From the NCBI GenBank assembly GCA_963728305.1, contig CAVSKE010000040.1:168752-232751 (forward strand): 64,000 nt of DNA, written 5' to 3'. Source of the DNA: an uncultured Acidobacteriota bacterium (lineage in GTDB: Bacteria; Acidobacteriota; Vicinamibacteria; Vicinamibacterales; UBA2999). The position numbers were made by a program, and so were the translations under genes. The notes beneath the pieces are model-generated. The model was not told the DNA's origin and did no database searches. It saw only the letters and a list, made by a program, of their open reading frames with translations. Position 1 is the stretch's first letter; the number at the start of each line of letters is the position of its first letter. Below are positions 1-11,319 of this stretch, piece after piece.

Positions 1-59
1 CAAGACGACGAGACCTGCTACGGTTGCGAGAACGCTGCGCTGCATGTGGTTCCTCTCCG

Positions 60-115
60 CTCCAACCACTCACCACCAACCAGTAACCACCAACCACCAA
101 CCACTATCCACTAAC
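60..115 (-). repeat. Degenerate 7-bp tandem repeat, 8 units (consensus GTTGGTG on the minus strand), directly 3' of the TonB receptor stop codon
   Basis: Minus-strand reading 115->60: GTTAGTG GATAGTG GTTGGTG GTTGGTG GTTACTG GTTGGTG GTGAGTG GTTGGAG. It begins at the base after the receptor TAG stop (116-118). Alternative: plus-strand frame 1 is open from base 1 to TAA 112-114 (...ETCYGCENAALHVVPLRSNHSPPTSNHQPPTTIH), so the array could also be the 3' end of a gene running off the left edge. Confidence 0.8.
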
Positions 116-3100
116 CTAGAAATCTACCTGGACTCCAACCTTCGCGAAGCGGGCCGGCAGAATCAGGGTCGGTGTACCCCAGAGCTCAGGGTTCGTCCGC
201 GAGTAGGTGGCGTTGTAGGTCTGCCCCGTGCTCGCGTTCAGCGAGTTGTACACGTCGAGCATCACGTTCGCGCGCATCCGGCCGACGCGCAGGATCTTGC
301 CGACGCGCAGATCGATGCTCGTGATCTGCGGGTAGAACTCCTCGTTGACGTCGAACAGGTTGATTGCGGTCGTCGACGTCGGTCCGGCGGCTCCGGACGG
401 AAGCCGGCCGAGAGTCTGCGCGATCTCCGAGGCGAGGAACTGATACGTCGCGACTTTCTGCGGGCCGGGACGGCTCGTCAATGTGCCGGCGACCTGAACG
501 TCGATCTTCGGAATCGTGTACGTGCCGAGCGCTCTGTATTCGGGCTGCCATGGGCTTATCGTCCGGCAATTGCGATGGCTCGGGCCTTCGACGATTCCGG
601 TTCCGTAGTAGCCCAGGTCCTTGTAGGTGCAGAAATCGTCGCCGCTCGTCGACAGCACGACGCCACCGCGCAGCGCCAGCCCGTTCAGCAGTCGCGCGTT
701 CACATTGAAGTCGACGCCGTTCCACCAGTTCTTGCGATCGGCCCCTTCAATGTTGTTCTCGAGGACGGTCTCGTTCTGCATGAGGCCGAACTTCGCCGGA
801 ACGATGTTCCACAAGTCACCGATGGTCCGTCCGCTCGCTGCCCCCAGGCGCGGATCCGCCGGCCCGGTCACCGAATACGGCTGGAAGTCGGCATACGAGT
901 TCGCGACGTTGTTGATCAGCGTCCACTTGTCGATCCAGCGGCGGTGCCAGCCCACCTCGACCGACACGCGCGGCGCGATCTGGCGCTGGACGGAGGCGCC
1001 AATCTCCCAGTCCATCGGCCGCGTATACCAGCCCTGAAACATGTCAGGGTCGTAGGTGGTGCTGAAGACCTCGGTGCCAAACGTGGTGTTGTTCCACGCG
1101 CCGCAGATGTCACCGCCGGTCGCCGTCAGGTTCTGTGCGGCCCGATTCAGCAGATCACAGTCCGGTGTGAAGTTGCCGTTCGAATCTGTCCAGGTGCGCC
1201 CCACCGTGGTCTGGATGCGGCTGAGCGGATTGCCCAACGTCCAGCGTCCGTCACTCGATGCGGAGTCCGTATACCTGCCAAGGTTGAATTTGACGGATGT
1301 CTTGCCGTCACCGGTCAGGTCGTAGATCACTCCCGCGCGGGGATTGATGTCGTGAAAACCGGTGATACCGCCCTGCGTGTCGTCCGGGAAATCCAGGATG
1401 AGGGGGTGATACTGCGTCCCGCCGAACGTCTGGTGCGGATACATGCTCGTGGCGTAGTCGTATCGCACCGCGCCCTGCATGGTCAGCCGCGCGATCGTCC
1501 ACTGCTCCTGCGCGTATGCCGATTGACTGAACGATCGCGACCGGTAGCGGATCGGGTTCGCGCCCGTCATCGTCAGATTCGTCGGCCGGCCGTTCTGGAA
1601 GGTGTACGAGATGGCGTGGTCGTTGGTGAAGTTCCGGTTGTCCTGGAGCTGGACGAAGCCCTGAAATCCCACCTTGAAGCTGTGTGCACCGGTCACGTAC
1701 GCGGCCGAACCCTTCCAACGCGGGAACGACAGCATGGTTCTCGTTCCAGTTCATCGAGCGATACGTCACTCCGGAAATGCCGCTTTGCACGCCGGTGTCG
1801 GTAACGCGCACCAGGTCGCGGGTCGCGTTGCCCGCCCGCTCGCGACCGCCGTAGTCGTAGGCGCTGGCTGAAAACGCGGCATCGAGCAGCAGTCGTGACG
1901 TCCACGGCGACTGCCATGTGACCTGCACGAGATGCTGCGGATACGCGTCGGCTGTCGCGGCCGCTTCCGGCGAGACCGTCGCCGTGCCGCCGCCATTGTG
2001 GTTGTCCTTGAGCGACTGCTCGTCGAAGTAGAAACCGATCTTTTGACGGGATGTCAGCTGCCACGTCAACCGGATGTTGGTGGCGTTGGTGCGTGAATCG
2101 TTGAAGGCCGGACGCGTCGGGTCGGCCTCATACAACCAGCTCGGCGTGCCGGCATTCAGGTTGTAGAACATGATGGGCGTCTTCTTCTCGGTCAGCTTCG
2201 TGCGGCCGCTCCAGAAGAACCACAGCCGGTCGCGCTTGATCGGACCGCCGATCGATCCGGTCATGTCGCGCGAGGTGATGAGATCCTCGGTGGCCGGCCT
2301 GACGCCGGCGGCGGCGAGCGCTCGCGATCGGTAGTTGCTGCCCTGGAAATTGCTGTTCGCGTAGTTGAAGAAGAACGAGCCGGACGGCGTGTTTCCACCC
2401 GAGCGCGGCACGACGTTGATGACCGGCCGCCCGGACTCTGCTTCGCCCAGCGCGCCCGACGTGGTGACCGCCAGTTCCTGCGCGTTGCCCATATCGGGCT
2501 GGAAGTAGCTGGTGCCGCCGCCACCAGAATTGGCGCCGGCGCCGCCAGTCGGCCCACCCACGTTCATGCCGTCGACGAGCAGCCGGCCGTCGTCGACCCT
2601 GCCGCCGTGCGCCGAGAAGTTGTTGACCTCGGCGCCGCCGCGCAGACCGCCGACGTCGAGCGTTCCTGTGACGTTCATGCCGGGAATGAGAATGGCGATG
2701 TTCTGAATGTTGCGTGCCGCCGGGAGCTCAGTGATCAGGCTCCCCTTCAGCACGTCCTGTCGAACAGTGCTCTGCACGTCGACGATGGGTGCTTCACCGG
2801 TGATGGTGATCGTTTCCTGGACGCCGCCAAGGCGCATGTCGACGTTCACGGTCGCGGTGAAGCTGCCCGGAGAGTTCAATCCCCTCTCGATTCGTCGTCG
2901 CGAATCCCTGCAGCGCGAAGCTGACCCGATAAGTGCCGGGCGGAAGATCGGTGATCCGATACTGACCGGTGCCATCGGTGACGCCGTCGCGCACCTTCTC
3001 GATCAGCGCACTGCTCGACGCGTCGATCGTGACCCCGGGAAGAACAGCACCCGATCCGTCCCGGACCGTGCCGGTGATGGATGCCTGCGCGAATACGGGA

Positions 3101-3165
3101 ACCGGGGCGGACGCCACGAGCACAGCCAGGCAGATCATCAATGCCTTCCATACGCTTTTCACCAC
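116..3165 (-). pseudogene. TonB-dependent receptor with N-terminal carboxypeptidase-regulatory-like domain (paralog 1; two frame disruptions)
   Basis: Three minus-strand ORFs join into one protein of about 1010 aa. 2794-3165: signal peptide MVKSVWKALMICLAVLVASAPVPVFAQ followed by ITGTVRDGSGAVLPGVTI...YRITDLPPGTYRVSFALQGF. 1308-2975: plug and barrel. 116-1735: barrel ending ...AKVGVQVDF* with an aromatic C-terminus. Frame changes lie near ~2862 and ~1740. GGAGG sits 8 nt upstream of GTG 3165. Confidence 0.85.
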
Positions 3166-3215
3166 ACGGACCTCCAGAGTGCGGCGAGTCTAGGGTTTAC
3201 GCTAAGCGGAATCTC

Positions 3216-3232
3216 TACCTAGAAAGAGGTAG
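3216..3232 (-). promoter_or_regulatory. CTACCYC-N5-AGGKA element, site 1 (putative NarL/LuxR-type operator in the TonB receptor 1 promoter)
   Basis: Sense (minus) strand reads CTACCTC-TTTCT-AGGTA, 50 nt upstream of the receptor GTG (3165). A -10-like TAGACT (plus 3187-3192) follows after 23 nt. The plus-strand view TACCTAG-AA-AGAGGTA is a 7-2-7 inverted repeat of NarL-like TACYYMT heptamers. The site lies in the divergent region shared with the gene starting at 3319. Confidence 0.45.
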
Positions 3233-3318
3233 ACACGTGTGCGGCATCACCGGCCCTTCGTCGGCGGGCGTAAGATCGGGTGAAGGTTGGTGACTTGGTT
3301 TCGAGAAGGAGAAGGTCC

Positions 3319-4329
3319 ATGGTGCGTAGCGTTCACCTCTGCGTACTGGTCGGGATCGCGTGCATGACGCTGGCAGCCGCTGCCCAGTCGGATAAACGAC
3401 CGCCGGCGGCGTACAAAGTCCAGAAGACGTCGTTCGGTCACCCGGACCTCGAAGGTGTGTGGTCCAACAACAGCGCTACGCCGCTGCAGCGTCCCGCGGC
3501 CTGGGCCAACAAGGAAGTCCTGACGGAAGCCGAAGTCGCCCAGGTCCAGAACGCAGCCAGGCAGCTCGAGGAACAGGGAGACGCCCTGTTTGGTGACGAG
3601 TTGATCTCCGACACCCTGCAGGGGCACACGGCGCCGAAATCCCACGATACCGAAACAGGAAACTACAACGCCTTCTGGCTGCCGGCGCGCGACTTCGAGC
3701 GGCGGACGTCGCTCATCATCGATCCCCCGACCGGCCGGATTCCGGCAGAGACGCCGGAGGCGCAGAAACGGCGTGCGGCGCTGGCGGAACGGCGGAAACT
3801 GAGCCCGGCCGACGGCCCGGAAAGCCGTGGCCTGAGCGAGCGCTGCATCACCTTTGGCGTGCCGCGGTTTCAGGCGGCGTACAGTAGCGTCTATCAGATC
3901 GTGCAATCACCGACGCACGTCGTCTTCAACATGGAGACGATCCACGATGCGCGAGTGATCCCAGTCGATGGGCGCCCACACCTCTCCGACCGCATGCCGC
4001 AATGGCTGGGCGACTCGAGAGGGCGCTGGGAAGGCGACACACTGGTGGTGGAGACCAAAGGCTTTTCATCAAAGAGCAACTTCCAAGGTTCGTCCTCTGG
4101 CCTCCACCTCATCGAACGGTTCACCCGTCTCGATCGAGATACGCTCCAGTACGACGCCACGATGAGCGACCCGACAACGTGGACCAGACCGTGGACCGCG
4201 CGACTCTATTTCAAGCGTACCGACGAGCCGCTTCTGGAGTACGCCTGCCACGAAGGCAACATCGGGATGTACGGAATTCTCTCGGGCGCGCGGAAGCTCG
4301 AAGCGGCCCAGACGACGAGCCAGCCCTAG
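3319..4329 (+). CDS. Secreted hypothetical protein (no family recognised)
   Basis: ORF 3280-4329. ATG 3319 is preceded by GAAGGAGAAGG. The N-terminus MVRSVHLCVLVGIACMTLAAAAQS looks like a signal peptide. The frame is uninterrupted and is followed by a strong palindromic hairpin. Confidence 0.7.
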   Translation: MVRSVHLCVLVGIACMTLAAAAQSDKRPPAAYKVQKTSFGHPDLEGVWSNNSATPLQRPAAWANKEVLTEAEVAQVQNAARQLEEQGDALFGDELISDTLQGHTAPKSHDTETGNYNAFWLPARDFERRTSLIIDPPTGRIPAETPEAQKRRAALAERRKLSPADGPESRGLSERCITFGVPRFQAAYSSVYQIVQSPTHVVFNMETIHDARVIPVDGRPHLSDRMPQWLGDSRGRWEGDTLVVETKGFSSKSNFQGSSSGLHLIERFTRLDRDTLQYDATMSDPTTWTRPWTARLYFKRTDEPLLEYACHEGNIGMYGILSGARKLEAAQTTSQP

Positions 4330-4367
4330 GCCACGGGCCCGGCCCGGCCGGCTCATTGACGGTTGTA

Positions 4368-4388
4368 GGGGCGACGCATGCGTCGCCC
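4368..4388. terminator. Near-perfect 21-bp palindromic hairpin between convergent genes (possible bidirectional terminator or REP-like element)
   Basis: GGGCGACGCATGCGTCGCCC (9-bp arms around AT) with one extra G on the left (21 bp in all), lying between the stop at 4329 (+) and the stop at 4404-4406 (-). No clear T-tract on either side. Confidence 0.4.
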
Positions 4389-4403
4389 TTACACGTGTCC
4401 CTA

Positions 4404-7400
4404 TCAGAAGTCGTACTGAACGCTGAATTTCCAGAACCGCCCGTCCTGCACCTGCGTCGGCTGCAGCCATGGCGTCGTCGTGACGGCGCCCGGCGCGGTG
4501 TAGGTGTTGCGAATGAACGTCGGCGTGCTGCCGTTCATGCGCGTTGTACAGATCCACGTTGAACTGGAATCGCTGGCGCGGCAACGCGGAACAGCTTGCT
4601 CACCCGGAGATCGAGCTGGCGCAGGCGATCGCCGAACATCGAGAACGGCTCCAGGATGTCGATCGTGCGCGTCGCGTTGCCGCAGCGGACGGCCGAGAGC
4701 GCCTGTCGGCTGCGAGTTGATCTCGGCGCTCGTGTAGACACGGTTCGCGACGATCAGCGGACCCGGGCAGATCCTGATATACGCCCGCGACGAGCAGGCC
4801 GTACCACGGCAGCTCGAACGAGCCGTTGACGCGGAACCGGTGCTGATACGGCGTGCTCACATCGCACGGCGACGACCTCGCTGGTCAGCTGCTCGGGATT
4901 GTCGACGACGAAGCAGTTCGACGAGGCGTTGTTGATGAGACCGCCGTTGGCCGAGATGGCGGTGTTCTGAATCGTGTTGCCGACACTCCATCCGCCGTTC
5001 AGCGTTCCGCCGCGCGGCAGCCGCGCCGCCAGCGACAGATCGAAGCCGTTGAAGTGCTCCGTCTGGACGACTCTGCTCCAGACCGGCCAACGAATACCTG
5101 TCGACGTAGTTGTCGGCGAAGGTCACGAGGTTGCTGGTCGCGACGTTGGTGCGCTGATCGTAGAGACCGCAGAGCTGCTGTCCGCTTCGCGGCAGCCGGG
5201 AGTCAACCGGCAGCGTGATGCAGTACGGATCGTAGTCGCCTGGGGTGAGATTGAGATTGTCGGTGACCGTGAAGTTGCCGTAGATCGTGCGTGCATAGGT
5301 CGCACTCACCGCGAACCGGTTCATGATCTGCTGTTCGATGCTCACGGTCGCGCGCCAGTTGTAGCCGCGCTTGAACCACCCGCTGGTGAAGTCCGGATCC
5401 GCCACGGTGGTGTTGTCGGTGAACGTGGCGACGCTCGGATTGTTGTACGGGCCGCACAGGTCGCCGCCGCTGCCGCGGAGATCCTGCAACGCCGGGTTCC
5501 GCAGGTCGCAGTCCGGATAGAAGTTGCCGTTGGCGTCGGTCCAGTTGCGCGTCGTGCTGAAGTTGGCCGTCGGGACCGAACTGCGTGGCCACGCCGGTGG
5601 ATCCTCCGGCAACGTAGCGGTTGACCCCGCCCTTGATCGCCGTCCTGCCGTTGCCGAACAGATCGTAGGCGGCCCCGAGACGAGGACTCAGGTCCTTCCA
5701 GGTCGGCACCCCCTCGCGCGCCGGGGAGCTGTAGGCCGGGAACAGCGCGTTGGCCGGATTGTTCGACCTCGCCAAGCGACTGACTCATCCAGTCGAGACG
5801 CAGACCCAGGCTCAAGCGTGAGGCGGCGGAGCGTCCACTGATCCTGGACGAACAGCGCCAGATCGTGATCGAGATGGGCATCGCTGTTGCGGCTCGCGAA
5901 CAGCGTCAGCGAAGTCGGAATGCCGTTCGTGAACGTGTACGAGATCGGCAGGCCGCCGACGTCGTCGGCGCGGTTGATCGTGTTCCCGGTCACGTTGCCG
6001 CGGATTATCGTAAAACCGGCTCTTCACGTTGTGCGCGCCGGTCACATACGACGTCGCGAACCGCGAGTTGAACTGATTGGACACGCCGATGCTGATCGCG
6101 CCCACGCCGTGGTAGTTGGCGCCGCGGGCCGCGTCGGCAATGTTGACGCGGAACGGCTGACTCTGGCCGCACTCCTCGTAGTCGGATGCCGTCGAGCGCC
6201 GTGCCGAAGTTCGCCGTGCCGAACGTGTTCAGCCCCACCGTGCCGCCGCCCTCGAACAGCAGCACGTTCGACTGCGGCCGGCTCCACGTGAACTGCGTCA
6301 GCGAGTCGTTGTGACACATCGCGGCGTTGGCCTCGATCCGCGCGATGCCCTGATCGAGCTGCCCGAAGGCCTGATCCCTGAAGTGACGCTGAATGTCAGT
6401 CGAGGCGCCGAACCTGTCCTTGGTCCCGAGCTGGAACGTCGTCCGGAACTGGTGAGAGCGATTGCGCTCCTCGGGATCGACCGGACGGCCTGTATCGGAC
6501 GTGTAGACCCAGTCGTCGAGGTTGGCATCGTGGAACAGGCTGGCGGCTCGAAGCGTGCTCCCGCTGACGCGGTGCGAGGTCACGAACCACCACCTGTCCC
6601 GAACGACAGGGCCGCCGATCAACCCGCTCAGGTCCGCGATGCTGCGCAGGCCGTTGACTGTCGTCAGCCCCTGCGCCCTGAGCGACGTCGCTCAGGTTGT
6701 TCGACTGCAGTGCGTGATTCGTCCACGCGCCGAACAGCGTCCCAGACCAGTGGTTGCCGCCCTTCGCGGGGAATCGTATTGACCACAGCGCCGGCCAGCT
6801 GATACTGCGCCGACCCCGCTGCGCCAAGATCGATGACGTTCTCCTGAACCGACACCGGGTTGACGAAGTAGAGACGGCCGGCGCCGTCGCCATTGAGATT
6901 GCTGTACAGCATCCCGTTGGTCATCTGGCGCATGTCGCCCGGTCTGGCGCCGAACACCGAAATGCGTACCGACTGCTCGCCCTTCGTTCCGCCCGTGTCG
7001 ACGCCGTTGGCGGGCGACACGGCACCGGGCACGAGCGCGAGCAGACCGCCCACGCTCTTGCTCGTCGGCAGCACGGCCAGCGTTTCCTCGCGTCACCACC
7101 GTCCCCTTCGACACGCTCCGCACGTCGACGAGTGGCGTCTGTCCCGAGACGGTGATCGTCTCGGTCACGCGCGCCGACCCGCAGTTCGGCGTTGACGGTG
7201 GCGACGAAATTCGACGACAGCTCCAGTCCGTCGCGCTCTGAACGTCGTGAACCCCTGCAGACCGAAGGTGACGGAATAGACTGCCCGGGCGCAGTTCCGC
7301 GATCTGATAACGCCCTTCCCCGTCAGTGACTGTTGTGCGAACTTTCTCGATCAGCACGGGGCTCGCGGCCTCGACCGTCACGCCCGGCAGCACTGCACCC

Positions 7401-7516
7401 GACGCGTCGCGCACGACACCGACGATGCTCGCGGCGCCGATCCCTTGTGCCGAGCTGGTGCGTGGGAATAGCAGCGCGAGAAACACTCCGACGATCGCGA
7501 AACAGGGTCGCCTCAT
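4404..7516 (-). pseudogene. TonB-dependent receptor with carboxypeptidase-regulatory-like domain (paralog 2; about 9-10 frame disruptions)
   Basis: The N-terminus at ATG 7516 reads MRRPCFAIVGVFLALLFPRTSSAQGIGAASIVGVVRDASGAVLPGVTVEAASPVLIEKVRTTVTDGEGRYQIAELRPG. Receptor-like segments continue through minus ORFs 6664-7074, 6396-6893, 6005-6622, 5688-6105, 5203-5775, 4857-5612 and 4600-4860. The last codons read RFWKFSVQYDF* (stop 4404-4406), a typical barrel C-terminus. Confidence 0.8.
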
Positions 7517-7585
7517 ATATTGCTTTGTCCTCTCTGACGCAGTGAAAGCGCCCCGAGTCTAGCGACCGCGGCTCCATGGCCGCAC

Positions 7586-7602
7586 TACCTAAGAGGAGGT
7601 AG
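7586..7602 (-). promoter_or_regulatory. CTACCYC-N5-AGGKA element, site 2 (TonB receptor 2 promoter)
   Basis: Sense strand reads CTACCTC-CTCTT-AGGTA, 69 nt upstream of ATG 7516. The same TAGACT(CG) box (plus 7556-7561) follows after 24 nt. The site lies 4 nt beyond the response-regulator stop codon. Confidence 0.45.
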
Positions 7603-7606
7603 TTGA

Positions 7607-8273
7607 TTAGCGAATGTGGATAATTCCGCGCCGAACGGCGACAGCAATCACCGCCGACCGATCGCTGACATTCAGCTTCGCGAGGATGTTCTTCACGTGG
7701 ACTTTGGCCGTCTGCTCGCTGATGCCCAGCGTGACGGCAATCTCCTTGTTCCGCAGGCCCTGGGCGATGAGGTGCACGACCTCCACCTCACGCGGCGTCA
7801 GGGCCGGCTGCGCCTTGCGCGCGGCCAGCGCCGCAGCCACGTCGGGCGGAATCGGCTTGTGACCGGTGTGCACCTCTCGTATGACGTTGACCAGATCTTC
7901 GGCAAGTGTGTCTTTCAGCAGATAAGCGGCAGCCCCGGCCTCGAGCGCGCGGTAGATATCCTCATCGCCCTGATACATCGTCAGCACGACGATGCGGGCA
8001 TTCGGGTGCGACTTCGCGGATCTCGCTGATCGCCTCGAGACCACTCATGGTCGGCAGCTGTAGATCCATGAGGGTGACGTCCGGCAGCAGACTCGCGAAG
8101 AGCTCGACAGCCCGTTCACCGCTCGTCGCCGAGGCGATGACTTCCATGTCAGGCTGGCGGCCGAGCAAGCAGCGCCAGTCCGTCGAGCATCACGCGATGA
8201 TCGTCGACGCAGAGGACACGGATTCGTTCCTGAGTACGCGGCGTCTGGCCGCAATCGAGTTCGTGCTCAACAT
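7607..8273 (-). pseudogene. NarL/FixJ (LuxR-type HTH) response regulator, frame-disrupted at least twice
   Basis: Receiver domain fragments: ...RIRVLCVDDHRVMLDGLALL / LGRQPDMEVIASATSGERAVELFASLLPDVTLMDLQLPTMSGLEAISEIR / KSHPNARIVVLTMYQGDEDIYRALEAGAAAYLLKD. LuxR HTH: LTPREVEVVHLIAQGLRNKEIAVTLGISEQTAKVHVKNILAKLNV (ORFs 7607-8044 and 7962-8168). The start is uncertain: ATG 8273 lies in another frame, and an in-frame GTG lies at 8307. A GTCCGCC-TTTA-GGCGGAC hairpin (8288-8305) separates it from the kinase gene. Confidence 0.8.
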
Positions 8274-8306
8274 GGCTGCTCTGGTCCGTCCGCCTAAAGG
8301 CGGACA

Positions 8307-11247
8307 CTACACTGGAACGACGGTTTCGATTTCGGTACCACTTCCCGGCGTCGAGGCGATGGTGATCCGGCCGCGCACTTGTCCGGCGCGCTCCCGCATG
8401 CTGACCAGACCATAGTGACCTGGCGACTGCATCGCCGCCGCCGGATCGAATCCGCAGCCGTCATCGGCAACACGCAGCGACATGCTGATCCTCGCGATAG
8501 TCGAGCTCGACGGCGACGCGGCTCGCCTGTCCGTGCTGAACGGCATTGTTCACCGCCTCCTGCCCGATCAGCAGCAACTGCTCCTCGATCGCCGCCGCGT
8601 AGGTCTGCGGCGTACCCTTCACGGTCACGTCCAGCTCTACCGGCCTGCCGCCGATCACACGCTCCGCGGCTTCGCGGAGTGCCTGCGGCAGATCGCGCGA
8701 GGCCAGCGTCGGCGTGCGCAGATCAAGGATCGACCGGCGCGCCTGCCGAATGTAGCCTTCGACCTGACGCCGAACCGCGAGAATCCGCTTCTTGCCGGCA
8801 GGCGACGACAAGTCGGGATTGTGCGAGAGATCGTCTACCTGCAGCGCGAGCGCGGCCAGGCCCTGCAGCAGCGTGTCGTGAATCGCGCGGCTCATGCGAA
8901 TGCGCTCGGCGAGCACGAGCGCAAACTGGCGGCGGACCTGCCGGACGTGCAGCCGCCACGACGCGTAGACGATCGCGAACACCGTCAGCCCGCACAGGAA
9001 ATAGAACCACACCGTCTGATAGAACATCGGCTGGATGCCGAACGTGAGCAGAGCATTCGGCTCGCCCCACGTGCCGTCGCCCGCACTCGCCACGACGCGG
9101 AACTGATACTGACGCGGTGGGAGGTTCGTGTATGTCGCCTGCCGGCCGGCTCCGGCGTCCACCCAATCGCGGTCGTAGCCATCGAGGCGATAGCGGAAGC
9201 GCACCCGCATCGGATCCGAGAGCGTGAGCGCGGTGAACCCGATCTGCAGGTGCGACGTGCTGGCCGGAAGCTGCAATGGACCCGAGAGGCTGAAGGCACG
9301 CGTGTCGGCGGCGACGGACTCGACGCGCACCGACGGAGGCGCTGGATCCGGGCCAATGCTGCGTGGATCGACGATGGTGACGCCGCTGCTGGTGATGAAC
9401 CACAGACGACCGTCTGACGATCGAAGCGCACTGCGTCTGCCCTCGTTGTACGGGACACCGGCAACACCGTCTGCTGTATTGAACAAACGGTAGCGGACCT
9501 GATGCGTGCGGTCCGCTCCAACCTTCTCGACTTCGTTCGGATCCAGGCGGAGGATCCCGCCGCCCGCACCAACCCAGATCGAACCCTGCGCGTCCTCAAC
9601 GATTGATTTCACGTCTCCCGGGAAGCCGTTCTCACGCGACACGGTAATCCAGCGATCGTTGGCGAGTCGGCTCAGGCCATTGTCGCCGCCAACCCAGATG
9701 TTGCCTCGCGAGTCTTCGTGGACGCAGCCCACGGTTCCGACCCGCGGATCGTAGGTGCGAAGCTCCTGGCCAGGCCTGCCGACGAGCAGCAGCCCACCTG
9801 ATGACCCGATGTACAGGGTGCCGCTCCGTCCCGCGTCGAGCGACGAGGCAGTCCTTCTGTGCGTCTCGGGAATGTCGTCGGCCGGAGACAACTGGCCGTT
9901 GCGCCAGCGAAACAAGCGCAGGTAGAAATCGCGGAACCACAGCGTGTCGCGCGTGCCGGTAATCGTCAGGATGCGCTGCACACTCGGGCCGGGCGCGACG
10001 AGCACCGGCGAAAAGCGCCCCTGTGAGAAGCGCACAACACCCCGCTCCGCCGAGACCCAGAGATCGCCGCGGTGATCGGCGTGAAGGGCCAACACGACCG
10101 TGCCCGGTAGTCCGTCGGCCTCGGTGTAGACACGTCGGCCTGCCGAGGAAAACCGTACGAGGCCGGCCGCGGTTCCCACCCAGACGCTCCCATCGGGTGT
10201 CACTTCGATCGCGCGAGGGATCGCCAGATGCTTGACCGGCGTGACCTGATGCGGCGTCAACCGCTGCAGGCCGGCAAGCGTGCCGAGCCAGATGTTGCCT
10301 TCGCGATCCTCGAGCAGGGACTGGACGGCATTGCTCGCCAGTCCGTCCTCAACGTTGATGACCTCGACGCTCGGAGCCGTGCCGCCCTGCTCGCCGCGCA
10401 CACGCCACAATCCTTGCCCCTGAGTCCCGACCCAGAAATTTCCGCGGCGGTCGTGGAGCAGATCGACGCCCCAGCCGCGGCGCGACGGACGGGCCGAGCG
10501 AGCCACGGCGCTTCCGGGGCTTCTGAAGCCTTCACTGAAATCGCTGATCCAGACTCGGCCCGCGGCGTCTTCGCTGAATCGCTGCCAGACGTTGCTCGAG
10601 ATGGCGATGACGTCGACCTGTTCGAAGTGCTCGTGCGCGGCCTCTTTCCGGTACACCGCGTGTTGCGTCGCGACCCAGATGCGTTTCTGACGGTCCTCGT
10701 ACAGCGCCAGCACCGAGCCATCGCCGGGGCCAACGTCCGCGTTGACCTTGTGCCAGCGGTTCCCGTGACGACGGAAGAGACCCTGGAACGTGCCGGCCCA
10801 CATGGTGCCGCGCGAATCCTCGAGAAGGGAGAGGACGTAGCTTCCGCCAAGGCCGTCGCGCGCGCCGTACAAACTCAACTTGCCGTCTTTGATCAGGCCG
10901 AGCGGCGTCTCTCCGCTGACACCAACCCACAGCGCACCATCCCGGGCATTAAGGAGTGCCGTGACCGCGCCGCCCGGAAGCCGGGCGTCGCCCAGCGAGT
11001 TCCAGGCGGCGAAGCGGACTCCGTCGAATCGAACGAGGCCGGCGTCGGTTCCCAGCCACAGGTATCCATCGGCGTCCTGTTCGATTGCCCGAATTCGTCC
11101 CGCCGGCAGGCCGTCGTTTTCGTTCCAGGTGGTGACCGTGTAGTCGTCGAGCAGCCCTCCGACAGGCTGCGCCCGTACAACGGACTCGACCGACGTCAGG
11201 ACTGCGAAGACAAGAGCCAGCCGGAAAGGCAGGCGGGCAAGCCGCAT
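8307..11247 (-). CDS. Sensor histidine kinase with periplasmic two-component-regulator propeller repeats and Y_Y_Y domain (one frame change near 8490-8500)
   Basis: 941-aa ORF 8461-11286 plus 79-aa ORF 8307-8546. The first ATG (11247) gives MRLARLPFRLALVFAVLTSVESVVRAQP. Many propeller-type repeats follow. Y_Y_Y domain: VRFRYRLDGYDRDWVDAGAGRQATYTNLPPRQYQFRVVA. TM segment: MFYQTVWFYFLCGLTVFAIVYASW. HisKA_3 H-box: RMSRAIHDTLLQGL. HATPase_c: LRVADDGCGFDP...GHYGLVSMRERA...GSGTEIETVVPV. Confidence 0.9.
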
Positions 11248-11287
11248 GGGCGGGTCATCATGGCCCAAGCCGGCCTTTTGTTCCAAG

Positions 11288-11304
11288 TACCTCGAATGGG
11301 GTAG
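11288..11304 (-). promoter_or_regulatory. CTACCYC-N5-AGGKA element, site 3 (upstream of the kinase/regulator operon; possible autoregulation)
   Basis: Sense strand reads CTACCCC-ATTCG-AGGTA, 40 nt upstream of ATG 11247 and just downstream of the katG terminator hairpin. Caveat: the GAGG of the right arm could instead be a Shine-Dalgarno sequence for the alternative TTG start at 11286. Confidence 0.35.
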
Positions 11305-11319
11305 TACCAGGACAGAAAC

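Noticed and set aside
60-115. Heptamer array as a CRISPR array or G-quadruplex
   Set aside because: There are no spacers and the units are contiguous 7-mers. The G runs are only GG, so at best a weak two-tetrad structure could form. I report it simply as a tandem repeat.
44-1804. 586-aa plus-strand ORF, the longest of many long ORFs antisense to recognised genes (others: 12545-13606, 17747-18739, 37115-38182, 42955-44277, 46696-47886, 56109-57161, 60215-61729)
   Set aside because: All lie opposite genes with clear family signatures. They are Arg/Ala/Pro/Gly-rich with no recognisable motifs, as expected for stop-poor antisense frames in GC-rich DNA.
7584-7603. Palindrome ACTACCT-N6-AGGTAGT, 4 nt after the response-regulator stop, as that gene's terminator
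   Set aside because: The stem is only 7 bp and has no T-tract. The same element recurs at four other places upstream of genes, so an operator role fits better.
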